From assembly GCA_946624065.1 (NCBI GenBank), contig CAMORT010000003.1:3593-67592 (forward strand): a stretch of 64,000 bases of DNA, in the 5' to 3' direction. Shown piece by piece: positions 9,242 through 18,926 of the stretch. Every line of letters begins with the position of its first letter. Positions within the stretch are counted from its first letter, which is position 1. The position numbers and the translations under genes were made by a program. The notes under the pieces were generated by a model. It worked only from the letters and a program-made list of their open reading frames with translations, ran no database searches and was not told where the DNA came from. Source of the stretch: an uncultured Bacteroidales bacterium (lineage in GTDB: Bacteria > Bacteroidota > Bacteroidia > Bacteroidales > WCHB1-69).

Positions 9242-12200
9242 ATGAAAAAAGTATTATTCCTTCTGATGCTTGTTTCCTTTGGCCTATCAGGTACATTGCA
9301 GGCACAACAAACCATTACAATTGGTACGGGAACATCCACTGGGTATGTCACCCCGTTTAACTCTCTTTGGGGGTATTCTTTTGTTGAGCAGTTATACTAT
9401 GCCAATGAAATTAGTGTTGCTGGCTACATAACGGAAGTCAGCTTTTATTACGATCATGGTGGTTCCCAGACGAATAATATTGAGCTGTTTATGAAAAATG
9501 TAAACAGAACAACGTTCTCGTCTGATGCGGATTATGAATCTGTGACCCAGTCTGATCTTGTGTACTCGGGAACCTTTGTTATTCCCAATGATTCCGGTTG
9601 GGTGTCTATTACATTAGATGTCCCTTTCTATTATGATGGCATAAGCAATCTCATGATTGCCATGCATGAGTTTACAAGCGGTTATTCATCCCGCTATTTC
9701 GCCTATACCTCTACAACCAATGCGGTTCTTTCCTATCATAGTGACTCTGCCAATCCCGATCCCTATAATTTAGGCTCTTATTCCGGCAACAAGTACACCA
9801 GTGCAAATAGGGCTAATGTCCGTCTTGAAATTACTCCAGCTCAACTTACTTGTCCGGCAACGGGTTCTCCTGTTGTCGATACTGTAGATGCCCATTCCGC
9901 TACATTGTTGTGGTCTCCTAATGGATCCGAAACCAGTTGGGATGTTTATTTGACTACTTCTGCGACTGATATTCCCGATTCTAACACGATTCCCACCGAT
10001 TATGTTTATGATACTTCTTACAGTGCGTCGAATCTGAACAGTTCCACGAAGTATTACTTTTATGTGCGTGCCAATTGCGGTGCTGGTGATGTTAGTTGGT
10101 GGAGAACCGTGAGTTTTAACACGCTTTGCGAAGCGTTGACTACATTGCCCTTGTTTGAAAACTTTGACAGTTGGCCGGGTGCTTCAAGTACATCCGTTTC
10201 AGTTAACAACCTACCACATTGTTGGCATCATTTATCGGGTGCCTACAGCAGTTACGCTGGCTACCCGATTATATACAGCAGCAGTACTTATGCGGCCTCC
10301 GGCAGCAATGCCATGCGTTTCTATACATCAACCACCACATCATATAGTTATGGTGATGAGTATGCCATATTACCTCGTGTTGATGTCACATATTATCCGA
10401 TTAATACGCTTCAGATTACGATGGATGTGAGAAAGAACAGCACATCGTACACTGATTTCACGCTTTTTGTGGGTGTGATGAGTGATCCAACCGACCCGAC
10501 AACTTTTGTGCCGGTTGATACTATTGTCAAATCCTCAACAAGTTATGAGGAATTTACCGTAATGTTTAATAATTATACTGGATTGGGTGAATATGTTGCC
10601 CTTTGTGCGCCGAAAGTCACATCATCAAATGTTAGTTACAATACGGGTTATGTGGACAACCTCGTGCTGGAACCCATCCCATCTTGTCTGAAACCGACAG
10701 GTGTGACGCTCTCCAACATTACCGCCACCAGTGTGGATGTGGATTGGACCCCGGGCGATTACGAGCCGGCATGGGAGATTGTGGTTGTGCCTGCGGGTAC
10801 TCCCGTCACCTCCGGCCTTGCCGAGTATGCCACAACGCATCCATACACCGTGGGCAATCTTGACGATAACACTCGGTACGACCTTTATGTGCGTGCGGAT
10901 TGTGGTGGTGGAGACTACAGCTCATGGACACAACCCCAATCCTTCACAACAGATCCGTTGTGCACACCTCCCTCTAATCTGACAATTAGTCAGGTTGCGG
11001 GAACCTCCGCGCTGGTTTCATGGTCTCCTGCTCTTGTGGGCGCAACGAACTATACGGTGGAGTATTCTGAAGCGGGAATGGACATGTGGACTCCTGAAGT
11101 CGTGAATGGAACAAGCTACATGATTCCGTTCCTCAACCCGCAGACCTCATACGATGTGCGCGTGTATTCCAACTGCGACCTCAGTTCTGCGGATACATTG
11201 ACCAGAACATTCAGTACGGGCTGTCTTTCAGGTGGTGATATGAATATAGGTGACGGCACGAACACCAGCACCTCCATTCCGTCCTATAGTTTTTACAAAC
11301 ACGGTTATTCCCAGCAGATTTTCACGGCTAGCGAGTTGGGTGGTGCCAATACTTTTAATTCCATTTCATTCTATATGGTGAATCTGGCCCAGCAACGCAA
11401 TTACAAGATTTATCTGATGCACACAACGGCTACCACTTCGTCAGATTGGTTGCCCACAACGAATGCGCAATTGGTGTATTCCGGTCCGCAGACTCTGGTC
11501 GCTGATTCATGGAATACATTCAATTTCTCCACGCCGTTTGTATATAACGGTGTTGATAATTTAGCGGTTATCGTAATAGATTCAAACTCCAGCTATTCCT
11601 CTGGAAACAGTTGGCGAGTGCACAACGCCCCGGCTGGTACAGGAGCGACTAAATACACCTACAATGATGGCACTGCGTATAGCATCACGAGTGCGCCTAC
11701 AACGACTAACGGAGGTGCCTTGGCTGTCCGTAACAATGTGAAATTTGGCGGAGATTGTGACAGTCTGTCCACTTGTGTCAGACCGAATCTTTATATTGCC
11801 AGCAAGACGGACGAGAGTATTACCATAGATTGGGCTCCCGGTTATATGGAAAGTTCCTGGGATTTGGAATACAGCACGGATGACACCACTTGGGTGTCTC
11901 TGGGATCTCTGTCGAGCGCACCTTACACATTGGACAACCTGAATGCGAACACTGTGTATTATATCCGCATCCGCTCCAATTGCGGTAGTGATTACAGCGA
12001 TTGGGTAAAGATTCATGAACGTACCGAATGCGGTTATGTCAACATTCCTCTGATGGAAGGTTTTGAGTCTGCACCAGGCAGCGGTTCTGGCAATATGATC
12101 ACCTGCTGGTCAACCAATTCCAACTATACTTCAACCCATTATCCCTATACCTCTAGCAGCCAGCACCACAATGGCACCTATAGTGTGTATTTCTATGCTG

Positions 12201-15200
12201 GTTCCTCCTACTATTCCTATTTGATTACGCCTCGTTTCGATGACAATGTCATGATGAACAACTTGGAAGTATCCTTCTGGGCCTATAAGACCTCGTCCAC
12301 TTATTACATCCAGGTGGGTGTGATGAGCAACCCGGAAGATCCGAGCACATTCGTCCAGATTGGCCAGTTCTCGCCGTCTGCGACCAGCGTTTGGGAACTC
12401 TTCGAGGTGACCACCGCCTCTTATACGGGCGACGGCCATTACATTGCATTCAGATTGCCGAGTGATACCACGAATTACATGTATATTGATGACATTAATA
12501 TTGATGCGATTCCTACCTGTCAGCATGTTACCAACATCCATGTGGATGGCACCACGCTTACGGGTGTGTCTGCAGATATCCTTTGGACGCCAGGCGGTAC
12601 AGAAAGCGAATGGGAATATGTGGTTGCACCCGCTAACACGGTGACGAATCCCGAAAACGAGCTCTCCAATACGGTTTATACGGCAGTGGCTCCTCTCACA
12701 GGCCTTGTTGCCAACACATCGTATGACATTTTTGTGCGTGCGAACTGTGCTCCTGGTGATAACAGCCGATGGGAAATGTACACCTTCAGAACCGCCTGCG
12801 ATGCTATCACCGCTTTGCCTTTCGTGGATAATTTTGATTCTTATGGCATCGGTTCGGGTGTTTGGATACCTTGTTGGAAAAAATTCAGAACCTATACATT
12901 ATCCACCACTTTGCCTTATGTGAGTGGCAATAATTGGGGAGGTACTGCCGGTGCTGACGGTTCTGTGGGTTATCTCTACTTCTATACGGCCACATCCGGA
13001 ACCTACACGATGGCTGTTACACCCTCATTTGATCCTTCTATTCCAATCAACACATTGCGTGCCAAATTCAAATACAAAAGACACAATAGCAATGACGAGG
13101 TGATTGTGGGTGTGATTAGCGATATCACCGATAGCACGACCTTTGTTCCCGTGGATACGATTACGGTATCTACCACCGATACTTGGACCGACACCCATGT
13201 TGACTTTTCTTCCTATACCGGAACGGGTACTTATATCGCATTCATGTGTATGTATCATAATAACAACACCTATTCCATGATTGACAATCTCAGCATCAAT
13301 ACCCTTCCCAACTGTCTTGAACCGAATGGCTTTATGGTTAGTTCTCTGGATGAGACCTCTGTTTCCCTCACTTGGAATGCCGGAAACGAAAACGAATGGG
13401 AGTTGTATGTTGTGCCTACAGGATCCACTTTGGAAAATGTTACTCCAATTACGCTTTATGACACCTCATATACTGTTACGGGTTTGAACTCAAACACCTC
13501 GTATGATGCATATTTGCGTGCTGTTTGTGCCGGTTCCGGATATAGTGACTACTCCATAACTTACTTCACTACAACATGTGCTGCGATGGATAGTCTGCCG
13601 TTTGTTGAGAACTTCGATAGCCATACGGGCTCCACATCCGGAACCACCAACAATTTGCCGTCCTGCTGGAACAATATTTCCGGTTCGTATAGCAGTTATG
13701 CCGGTTATCCGATTATCTACAACAGCAGTTCATCTGCCGCTTCCGGCAGTAATTCAATGCGTTTCTACACAGGGACCACAACGTCTTATGCATATGGGGA
13801 TGAATATGCAATTTTGCCTCCTATTGACGTAATGATGTATCCGATCAATACACTTCAACTTACGATGGATGTGAGAAAGGGCAGCACCTCATACACCGAC
13901 TTTACCCTCATTGTGGGTGTGATGAGCAATCCGTCCGATGCAAACACTTTTGTGCCGGTAGATACGATTGTCAGGCCCGATGCCACTTACGATGAATACA
14001 CCGTGTATTTCTCCAACTATACGGGCACGGGTAATTTCATAGCCCTTTGCGCACCGAAAAACACACAGAATAATGTGGCATATAATACGGGTTATGTGGA
14101 TAATATTGTGGTTGATGTGATACCCAGCTGTCCGCGTCCAAACGACCTTACGGTTACGGGAATCACCAGCAATACCATCGATTTGTCATGGACAGATTAT
14201 AGCTCTGGAGCTGCTTCCTCATGGACTGTTGAGTATGGCACTCCGGGATTCACGCCAGGAACCTATGCGGGAACCATCCTGCAAGCCAACACGAACTCCA
14301 TCACGCTTCCCAACCTCACGGCTAACACATCCTACGAGATTTATGTGATGGCGGATTGCGGTATGGGTGACCAAAGCACTTGGTCTAATCCTCTTGTTGT
14401 GACAACCAGTTGTGACCTGTTGACCACACTGCCGTTTACGGAGAATTTTGACTCCTATACGGCCTATACTAGCACATCAGCGTCCACAAGCAACCTGCCT
14501 AATTGTTGGAATAACCTGTCCGGTTCGTATAGCAGCTATGCCGGTTATCCCATCATTTATTATAGTTCCAGTACCAATTATGCGTCCTCTGCGCCTAACG
14601 CTATGCGTTTCTATTCAGGTACAACAACATCTTATAACTATGGTGATGAATATGCTATTCTTCCTCCGGTTGATCAGACACTCTATCCGATCAATACGCT
14701 TCAACTTACGATAGATGTGAGAAAGGGCAGCACCTCATACGCGGACTTCACTCTCTTTGTGGGTGTGATGACGAATCCGCAAGATGCGAGCACTTTTGTG
14801 GCAGTGGATACGATTGTCCAACCTAATGCCACCTATTCTGAATACACCGTGTACTTTACAAATTACACTGGATCTGGCAACTTCATTGCCCTTAAGGCAC
14901 CCAGACACACGCCTACAAATGTGAGTTATAATACGGGTTATGTGGATAATATTTATCTGGAAGAGATACCTTCCTGCCCTCGTCCGAATGGATTGCATGT
15001 GGATGCCGTTACGAATTCCAGCATAACTTTAAGTTGGAACGAAATTGGTTCCGCCAATAGCTGGGAAATCGAATATGGTGCTCCCGGTTTCACTTTGGGC
15101 AGTGGTACCACGGTACAGGCCACCTCAAATCCGATGACGGTTACAGGACTTCAATCATCATCCAACTATGAGTTCTATGTCCGTTCCGTATGTTCCGCAA

Positions 15201-16321
15201 CGGACATGAGCAACTGGAGCAACGCATGTGTGGGAACAACCGAATGCGATGTAACGAATGTGCCTTATACAGAGGATTTTGAGTCTTATGCTGGAACCAC
15301 ATATTCTGATAATAATGGTCCTGTTCCATTGTGCTGGACGAATTATGGTACCAATACAACATACGGTCATCCGCATGTGTCGGGTAGTGGTTCTTACCAT
15401 TATACTCATAGCGGTAACAATTCTCTTGTCTTCACCGCCGGAACAACAGGGAATGGTACGGACGCGTATGCCATGTTGCCCACTTTCACACAGCCTCTCA
15501 ATACATTGCAGATAGGTTTCTATTATGCCATGGAAAGCACGAGTTATGGTACGCTATCTGTTGGATATGTGACCAATTTGGCTGATCCAGCAAACACTTT
15601 CGTTATGTTGGAAACAGTTACCTCTATTGATGGTGATGAAGTTCCAATGGATTCCATTACGGTGGACTTCAGTTCGTATCCGTCTGTCCCTGCCAATGGT
15701 AATATCTGTTTCCATTGGAATGTTACTGGGAGTTGGTATAACTGTTGTATTGATGATATTGCCGTTAATGTTGCAGGTTCTGGCCCTATAGTTCAACCTT
15801 GTGAGGTACCTCAGGGCTTGACCGTTGCCAATGTGGATAATACTACGGCCACGCTTACATGGACTCCGAATGCCAATGTGCAATACTGGACTATCGATTA
15901 TAAGAAGACCAGTGCTAACACATGGACTACAGTGAATAATATCACCTCACCGACCTACACTTTGACGAACCTCAATCAGATCACCCAATACGATGTGCGT
16001 CTGGCTGCGGTTTGTGGTGACAATAACACCAGTGACTACACACCTGTCGTTCAATTCACCACCACGAATGTTGGTGTTAACGATTATGAGATGAGCACTA
16101 CACTCTATCCGAACCCGACTACAGGTGAAATCAGAATTCAAAATACAGAATTCAGAATCCAAAGTGTTGAGGTTTACGATGTGTATGGCAAACTGATCAA
16201 GTCTGTCAAGGTGGATGACTTCAGTGTTGTCATCGATCTGTCCGCCAACGCATCAGGTGTTTACTTCACGCGCATCATGACAGATAATGGCATGGTGACC
16301 AAACGCGTAGTGAAGGAGTAG
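9242..16321 (+). CDS. 2359-aa T9SS-secreted modular surface protein (FN3-like domains alternating with choice-of-anchor-J-like modules; type A C-terminal sorting domain)
   Basis: Signal peptide MKKVLFLLMLVSFGLSGTLQAQ. Six modules start C-x4-LP[FY]xE[ND]F[DE]S and contain LPxCW. FN3-like segments (C.P..L.V......A.L.W.P) lie between them. The C-terminus (LYPNPTTGEIRIQ...ASGVYFTRIMTDNGMVTKRVVKE) matches the T9SS type A CTD pattern. Confidence 0.85.
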   Translation: MKKVLFLLMLVSFGLSGTLQAQQTITIGTGTSTGYVTPFNSLWGYSFVEQLYYANEISVAGYITEVSFYYDHGGSQTNNIELFMKNVNRTTFSSDADYESVTQSDLVYSGTFVIPNDSGWVSITLDVPFYYDGISNLMIAMHEFTSGYSSRYFAYTSTTNAVLSYHSDSANPDPYNLGSYSGNKYTSANRANVRLEITPAQLTCPATGSPVVDTVDAHSATLLWSPNGSETSWDVYLTTSATDIPDSNTIPTDYVYDTSYSASNLNSSTKYYFYVRANCGAGDVSWWRTVSFNTLCEALTTLPLFENFDSWPGASSTSVSVNNLPHCWHHLSGAYSSYAGYPIIYSSSTYAASGSNAMRFYTSTTTSYSYGDEYAILPRVDVTYYPINTLQITMDVRKNSTSYTDFTLFVGVMSDPTDPTTFVPVDTIVKSSTSYEEFTVMFNNYTGLGEYVALCAPKVTSSNVSYNTGYVDNLVLEPIPSCLKPTGVTLSNITATSVDVDWTPGDYEPAWEIVVVPAGTPVTSGLAEYATTHPYTVGNLDDNTRYDLYVRADCGGGDYSSWTQPQSFTTDPLCTPPSNLTISQVAGTSALVSWSPALVGATNYTVEYSEAGMDMWTPEVVNGTSYMIPFLNPQTSYDVRVYSNCDLSSADTLTRTFSTGCLSGGDMNIGDGTNTSTSIPSYSFYKHGYSQQIFTASELGGANTFNSISFYMVNLAQQRNYKIYLMHTTATTSSDWLPTTNAQLVYSGPQTLVADSWNTFNFSTPFVYNGVDNLAVIVIDSNSSYSSGNSWRVHNAPAGTGATKYTYNDGTAYSITSAPTTTNGGALAVRNNVKFGGDCDSLSTCVRPNLYIASKTDESITIDWAPGYMESSWDLEYSTDDTTWVSLGSLSSAPYTLDNLNANTVYYIRIRSNCGSDYSDWVKIHERTECGYVNIPLMEGFESAPGSGSGNMITCWSTNSNYTSTHYPYTSSSQHHNGTYSVYFYAGSSYYSYLITPRFDDNVMMNNLEVSFWAYKTSSTYYIQVGVMSNPEDPSTFVQIGQFSPSATSVWELFEVTTASYTGDGHYIAFRLPSDTTNYMYIDDINIDAIPTCQHVTNIHVDGTTLTGVSADILWTPGGTESEWEYVVAPANTVTNPENELSNTVYTAVAPLTGLVANTSYDIFVRANCAPGDNSRWEMYTFRTACDAITALPFVDNFDSYGIGSGVWIPCWKKFRTYTLSTTLPYVSGNNWGGTAGADGSVGYLYFYTATSGTYTMAVTPSFDPSIPINTLRAKFKYKRHNSNDEVIVGVISDITDSTTFVPVDTITVSTTDTWTDTHVDFSSYTGTGTYIAFMCMYHNNNTYSMIDNLSINTLPNCLEPNGFMVSSLDETSVSLTWNAGNENEWELYVVPTGSTLENVTPITLYDTSYTVTGLNSNTSYDAYLRAVCAGSGYSDYSITYFTTTCAAMDSLPFVENFDSHTGSTSGTTNNLPSCWNNISGSYSSYAGYPIIYNSSSSAASGSNSMRFYTGTTTSYAYGDEYAILPPIDVMMYPINTLQLTMDVRKGSTSYTDFTLIVGVMSNPSDANTFVPVDTIVRPDATYDEYTVYFSNYTGTGNFIALCAPKNTQNNVAYNTGYVDNIVVDVIPSCPRPNDLTVTGITSNTIDLSWTDYSSGAASSWTVEYGTPGFTPGTYAGTILQANTNSITLPNLTANTSYEIYVMADCGMGDQSTWSNPLVVTTSCDLLTTLPFTENFDSYTAYTSTSASTSNLPNCWNNLSGSYSSYAGYPIIYYSSSTNYASSAPNAMRFYSGTTTSYNYGDEYAILPPVDQTLYPINTLQLTIDVRKGSTSYADFTLFVGVMTNPQDASTFVAVDTIVQPNATYSEYTVYFTNYTGSGNFIALKAPRHTPTNVSYNTGYVDNIYLEEIPSCPRPNGLHVDAVTNSSITLSWNEIGSANSWEIEYGAPGFTLGSGTTVQATSNPMTVTGLQSSSNYEFYVRSVCSATDMSNWSNACVGTTECDVTNVPYTEDFESYAGTTYSDNNGPVPLCWTNYGTNTTYGHPHVSGSGSYHYTHSGNNSLVFTAGTTGNGTDAYAMLPTFTQPLNTLQIGFYYAMESTSYGTLSVGYVTNLADPANTFVMLETVTSIDGDEVPMDSITVDFSSYPSVPANGNICFHWNVTGSWYNCCIDDIAVNVAGSGPIVQPCEVPQGLTVANVDNTTATLTWTPNANVQYWTIDYKKTSANTWTTVNNITSPTYTLTNLNQITQYDVRLAAVCGDNNTSDYTPVVQFTTTNVGVNDYEMSTTLYPNPTTGEIRIQNTEFRIQSVEVYDVYGKLIKSVKVDDFSVVIDLSANASGVYFTRIMTDNGMVTKRVVKE
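10126..10690 (+). repeat. intragenic module copy A (about 188 aa) of the giant T9SS gene
   Basis: By-eye alignment of LPHCWHHLSGAYSSYAGYPIIY...GDEYAILP...YPINTLQITMDVRKNSTSYTDFTLFVGVMSDP to copies B and C gives roughly 75-85 percent amino-acid identity. Confidence 0.8.
13576..14140 (+). repeat. intragenic module copy B
   Basis: LPSCWNNISGSYSSYAGYPIIY...GDEYAILP...YPINTLQLTMDVRKGSTSYTDFTLIVGVMSNP. Confidence 0.8.
14411..14987 (+). repeat. intragenic module copy C
   Basis: LPNCWNNLSGSYSSYAGYPIIY...GDEYAILP...YPINTLQLTIDVRKGSTSYADFTLFVGVMTNP. Confidence 0.8.
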
Positions 16322-16370
16322 GTCATGGACTGTTAGTTTTAGGTATTCTTTAAACCTTAAACTTGAAACT

Positions 16371-16405
16371 AAAGAGGTTCCTCAATCGAGGAACCTCTTT
16401 TTTTT
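16371..16405. terminator. hairpin terminator between the convergent giant T9SS gene and the 773-aa gene
   Basis: 13-bp perfect stem AAAGAGGTTCCTC / GAGGAACCTCTTT with loop AATC, followed by a T run on the + strand. Confidence 0.8.
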
Positions 16406-16407
16406 GT

Positions 16408-18729
16408 CTAGAACCCTCTTGAGCTTCGCGCCGCGCTTGATACTACGGTGCTACGGGAACGGACGCTTCCGGAACTGGGAACCGTTCGGGATTGTCCGGA
16501 AGCGGGTCTGCTGGTTGTGGCGCTCTTGCTTCCGGAAGTTGTGCTTGGTCTTGGCGCGGTTGCGGGTTTTGTGGCTCCGGGCGTAGTTGTAGGTTTTCCG
16601 CTCACTGGCTGCGAGGTGGTAGGTTTGGCTGTCGGTGCGGGATATGTGCGAGGTGTGCCTCCACCGGAACCGGCTGACTTGTAGTTCGTGGTGCTGCCCA
16701 CTCGGCTGATGCGTGAGGAGATATTGTGCCCGCCTGTGGTTACCATGTCGTTGTAGGTTATGATGACCGACGGGGTTTTCAGATAACGCCCGCCGCTCTT
16801 GCTCAGGTTGCCGACATAGTAGTCCTTGATTTTGGCTAAGTCCACCCCGATGAGCTTGAGGTTGTTCTTTCCAATGGTGCGCAGCAAGTTGTTCACCTTG
16901 TGTGCCTGCAACATTCGGTTGTAACTCTCCTGACTGTTGATGGTCGTGCCGCGAGGGTAGGAGAGATAACGGGCCAATTTGCCGAAATTCTCTTCCGATA
17001 GTCCATTCAGCATGGTTCTCACCCCCTGTAACTCCCCGATGATCATTTGTTTTTGCCTCCTGTTTACATCTTGGTAGATGTCTCGCTGATTCTCTTCCGT
17101 ATAAGAAAAGTTGTACCGGTCTTCGTTCTCCCGCATCTGTTTGTTCACCTGATTGCGCCCGTAGGCGTCGAAATGGATGCGCGACAGCGTGTCTGCTAAT
17201 TGCTGAAGTTGACTGTCATCCATGTTTTTGAGAATGTTGAGCAGGTCTTTGCAGGGCTTGGCCAGCAAATAGGGTTTGTTGGACGGGAAGGCGTTGTGCA
17301 GCAACTTGCCTTTATAGTGTATGCCATTGTCCATAAATAATTGGTATAGAGCAGTATATTGCACCACACGGGCGATGTCGGTGTTGCCGCAGTTGGCGAA
17401 ATAATTGCCCGCTTGCCGCTCGTAACTGCTGCCGATGCTCTGGTGGCTCTCCTGAGAGTTGAAGTACGACACTGGCAGCGCCCCGGTTCGGTTCAGCGTG
17501 TAGATGGTGTGCTCCGGCAGATCAATGGCGTACATGGTATTGGCGGTGTTCCAGTTGTAAACCAGCTGGTTGATTCCCAGTTTCTGAAACAGCGGACGGT
17601 CGAAAGGAAAATAGCCGGGAGAAGGGTAGTGGTAGGATGCCTCTTGGATGGTGCCGCTTTCCGACCAGTCCTTTAACAACACATCCGTGATGGTGAGCAG
17701 ATGCCCAAGCTCGGTGTTCTCCAGTTCGCGGCTGAGGTAGGTAGGGCACCAGTCGCGGCCGTCGGGCATCTTGCCTGCCAGACAGTCGTTGATGTCCAAA
17801 CTCTGCGAGAGTTCCTTGGCGCTGATGCTGGCAATAAGCAGTACGGTTTCCACACGCAACGGAGGCAGCACCTCCAGCGGTTGCTCGCGCTCGCGCCCAA
17901 TGATGACAAGTGTGGACGAATCGCGCAAGGCACCCAAAATCAAGTCCGCATCCAGCGCGAACCGCCGGATGTCACCCGCCTGGTTGATCAGGTCACTGTC
18001 GCGACGGATACACCAGGCCACTAATCCCGGTGCTTTGCTGAAAAACACCCCTTTGCGTTTTTGCTCAAACATTCTGCTGATAGTCAATGTTTTGGAGGTG
18101 TCTTTCTCATCGATAAATTCTTCCGCCGCTTGGAAAAACCAATCGTCAAATTCGGCCAAAGAGATTTGGTAATCCAGATTTTCACGAGTGAAATAGGAAC
18201 GCTTAAGCTCTTTTTGCAGATTAATGGCGTTGGGTTTGTAGTCGGAAAGATAGAGATGCTTGGAGATTTTTGTTACCAGATTGTTGAGGTTTTCCGTGGT
18301 TGCATTCCCCAAAAGCATCATGATGTCCGTCATCCGGCCGTCGTAGCCGATATGGACCTGCTTGCGCACGGTTTCGTGCGTGAACTTTTCGCAGATCTTT
18401 TCCAAACTGTCTGTTTCAAAGAATGGGGCAGGTTCTGAAATGAGGATAATGCGGCTGCTGTCGGCGAAAGTGGCTGTGCCGATGGTCTGGTAGTGCATCC
18501 GGAAATGCTTGCGGAATTGCTCGTGTACGGAGTCGGCTTTCGCGAACGCTATCGTCTCCTCCATGTTCACATGCTGGTCAGGGATGAACTCCCGCTTCAT
18601 CAGCGTGGCTGTCTGTTTCTTGATCCCTTCGACCACTTTCGTGCGATTGCCGAAAGTGAACAGGCAAACCACCAGTATCAGCATAATACCGGCAGCAACG
18701 AGGACTCTGTTTCTCACATTGTTGGTCAT
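16408..18729 (-). CDS. 773-aa membrane-anchored protein of unknown function with an S/T/P-rich basic disordered C-terminal tail
   Basis: Single N-terminal TM helix (RVLVAAGIMLILVVCLFTF). About 640 aa have no motif I recognise. The last ~95 aa are low complexity (TPRTYPAPTAKPTTSQPVSGKPTTTPGATKPATAPRPSTTSGSKSATTSRPASG...). Confidence 0.7.
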   Translation of the reverse strand: MTNNVRNRVLVAAGIMLILVVCLFTFGNRTKVVEGIKKQTATLMKREFIPDQHVNMEETIAFAKADSVHEQFRKHFRMHYQTIGTATFADSSRIILISEPAPFFETDSLEKICEKFTHETVRKQVHIGYDGRMTDIMMLLGNATTENLNNLVTKISKHLYLSDYKPNAINLQKELKRSYFTRENLDYQISLAEFDDWFFQAAEEFIDEKDTSKTLTISRMFEQKRKGVFFSKAPGLVAWCIRRDSDLINQAGDIRRFALDADLILGALRDSSTLVIIGREREQPLEVLPPLRVETVLLIASISAKELSQSLDINDCLAGKMPDGRDWCPTYLSRELENTELGHLLTITDVLLKDWSESGTIQEASYHYPSPGYFPFDRPLFQKLGINQLVYNWNTANTMYAIDLPEHTIYTLNRTGALPVSYFNSQESHQSIGSSYERQAGNYFANCGNTDIARVVQYTALYQLFMDNGIHYKGKLLHNAFPSNKPYLLAKPCKDLLNILKNMDDSQLQQLADTLSRIHFDAYGRNQVNKQMRENEDRYNFSYTEENQRDIYQDVNRRQKQMIIGELQGVRTMLNGLSEENFGKLARYLSYPRGTTINSQESYNRMLQAHKVNNLLRTIGKNNLKLIGVDLAKIKDYYVGNLSKSGGRYLKTPSVIITYNDMVTTGGHNISSRISRVGSTTNYKSAGSGGGTPRTYPAPTAKPTTSQPVSGKPTTTPGATKPATAPRPSTTSGSKSATTSRPASGQSRTVPSSGSVRSRSTVVSSAARSSRGF

Positions 18730-18772
18730 AATCTGGAAAATCGTTGCAAAAGTAATGCTTTTTTAATATCGG

Positions 18773-18885
18773 TCCCCAGTCTTAAATCTTAAATCTCCAG
18801 CCTTAAATCCCCCAGTCTTAAATCTCCAGTCTTAAGTCTCAAGTCTCAAGTCTCCAGTCTCCAGTCTCCAGTCTCCAGTCTCAAC
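18773..18885 (+). repeat. 16 tandem degenerate heptamers (TCTTAAA / TCTCCAG / TCTCAAG)
   Basis: Parsed by hand. One unit is 8 nt. The tract ends 10 nt before a -7 promoter box, in the divergent spacer between the 773-aa gene and yqeY. Confidence 0.9.
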
Positions 18886-18894
18886 TCTTTTTTG

Positions 18895-18902
18895 TATCTT
18901 TG
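18895..18902 (+). promoter_or_regulatory. -7 promoter box TAtcTTTG for yqeY-lpxB
   Basis: TAnnTTTG, 25 nt upstream of the ATG at 18927. Confidence 0.55.
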
Positions 18903-18926
18903 CACCCACAATAAAACCCCGAAACT

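Noticed and set aside
9242-16321. Diversity-generating retroelement acting on the repeated modules of the giant gene
   Set aside because: There is no reverse transcriptase or template repeat nearby. The differences between copies are spread over all base types and include indels, rather than being adenine-specific.
18773-18885. The heptamer tracts as CRISPR arrays or coding low-complexity
   Set aside because: The units are 7 nt with no spacers, so they are far too short for CRISPR. The period is not a multiple of 3, and the tracts lie between confidently placed stops and starts.
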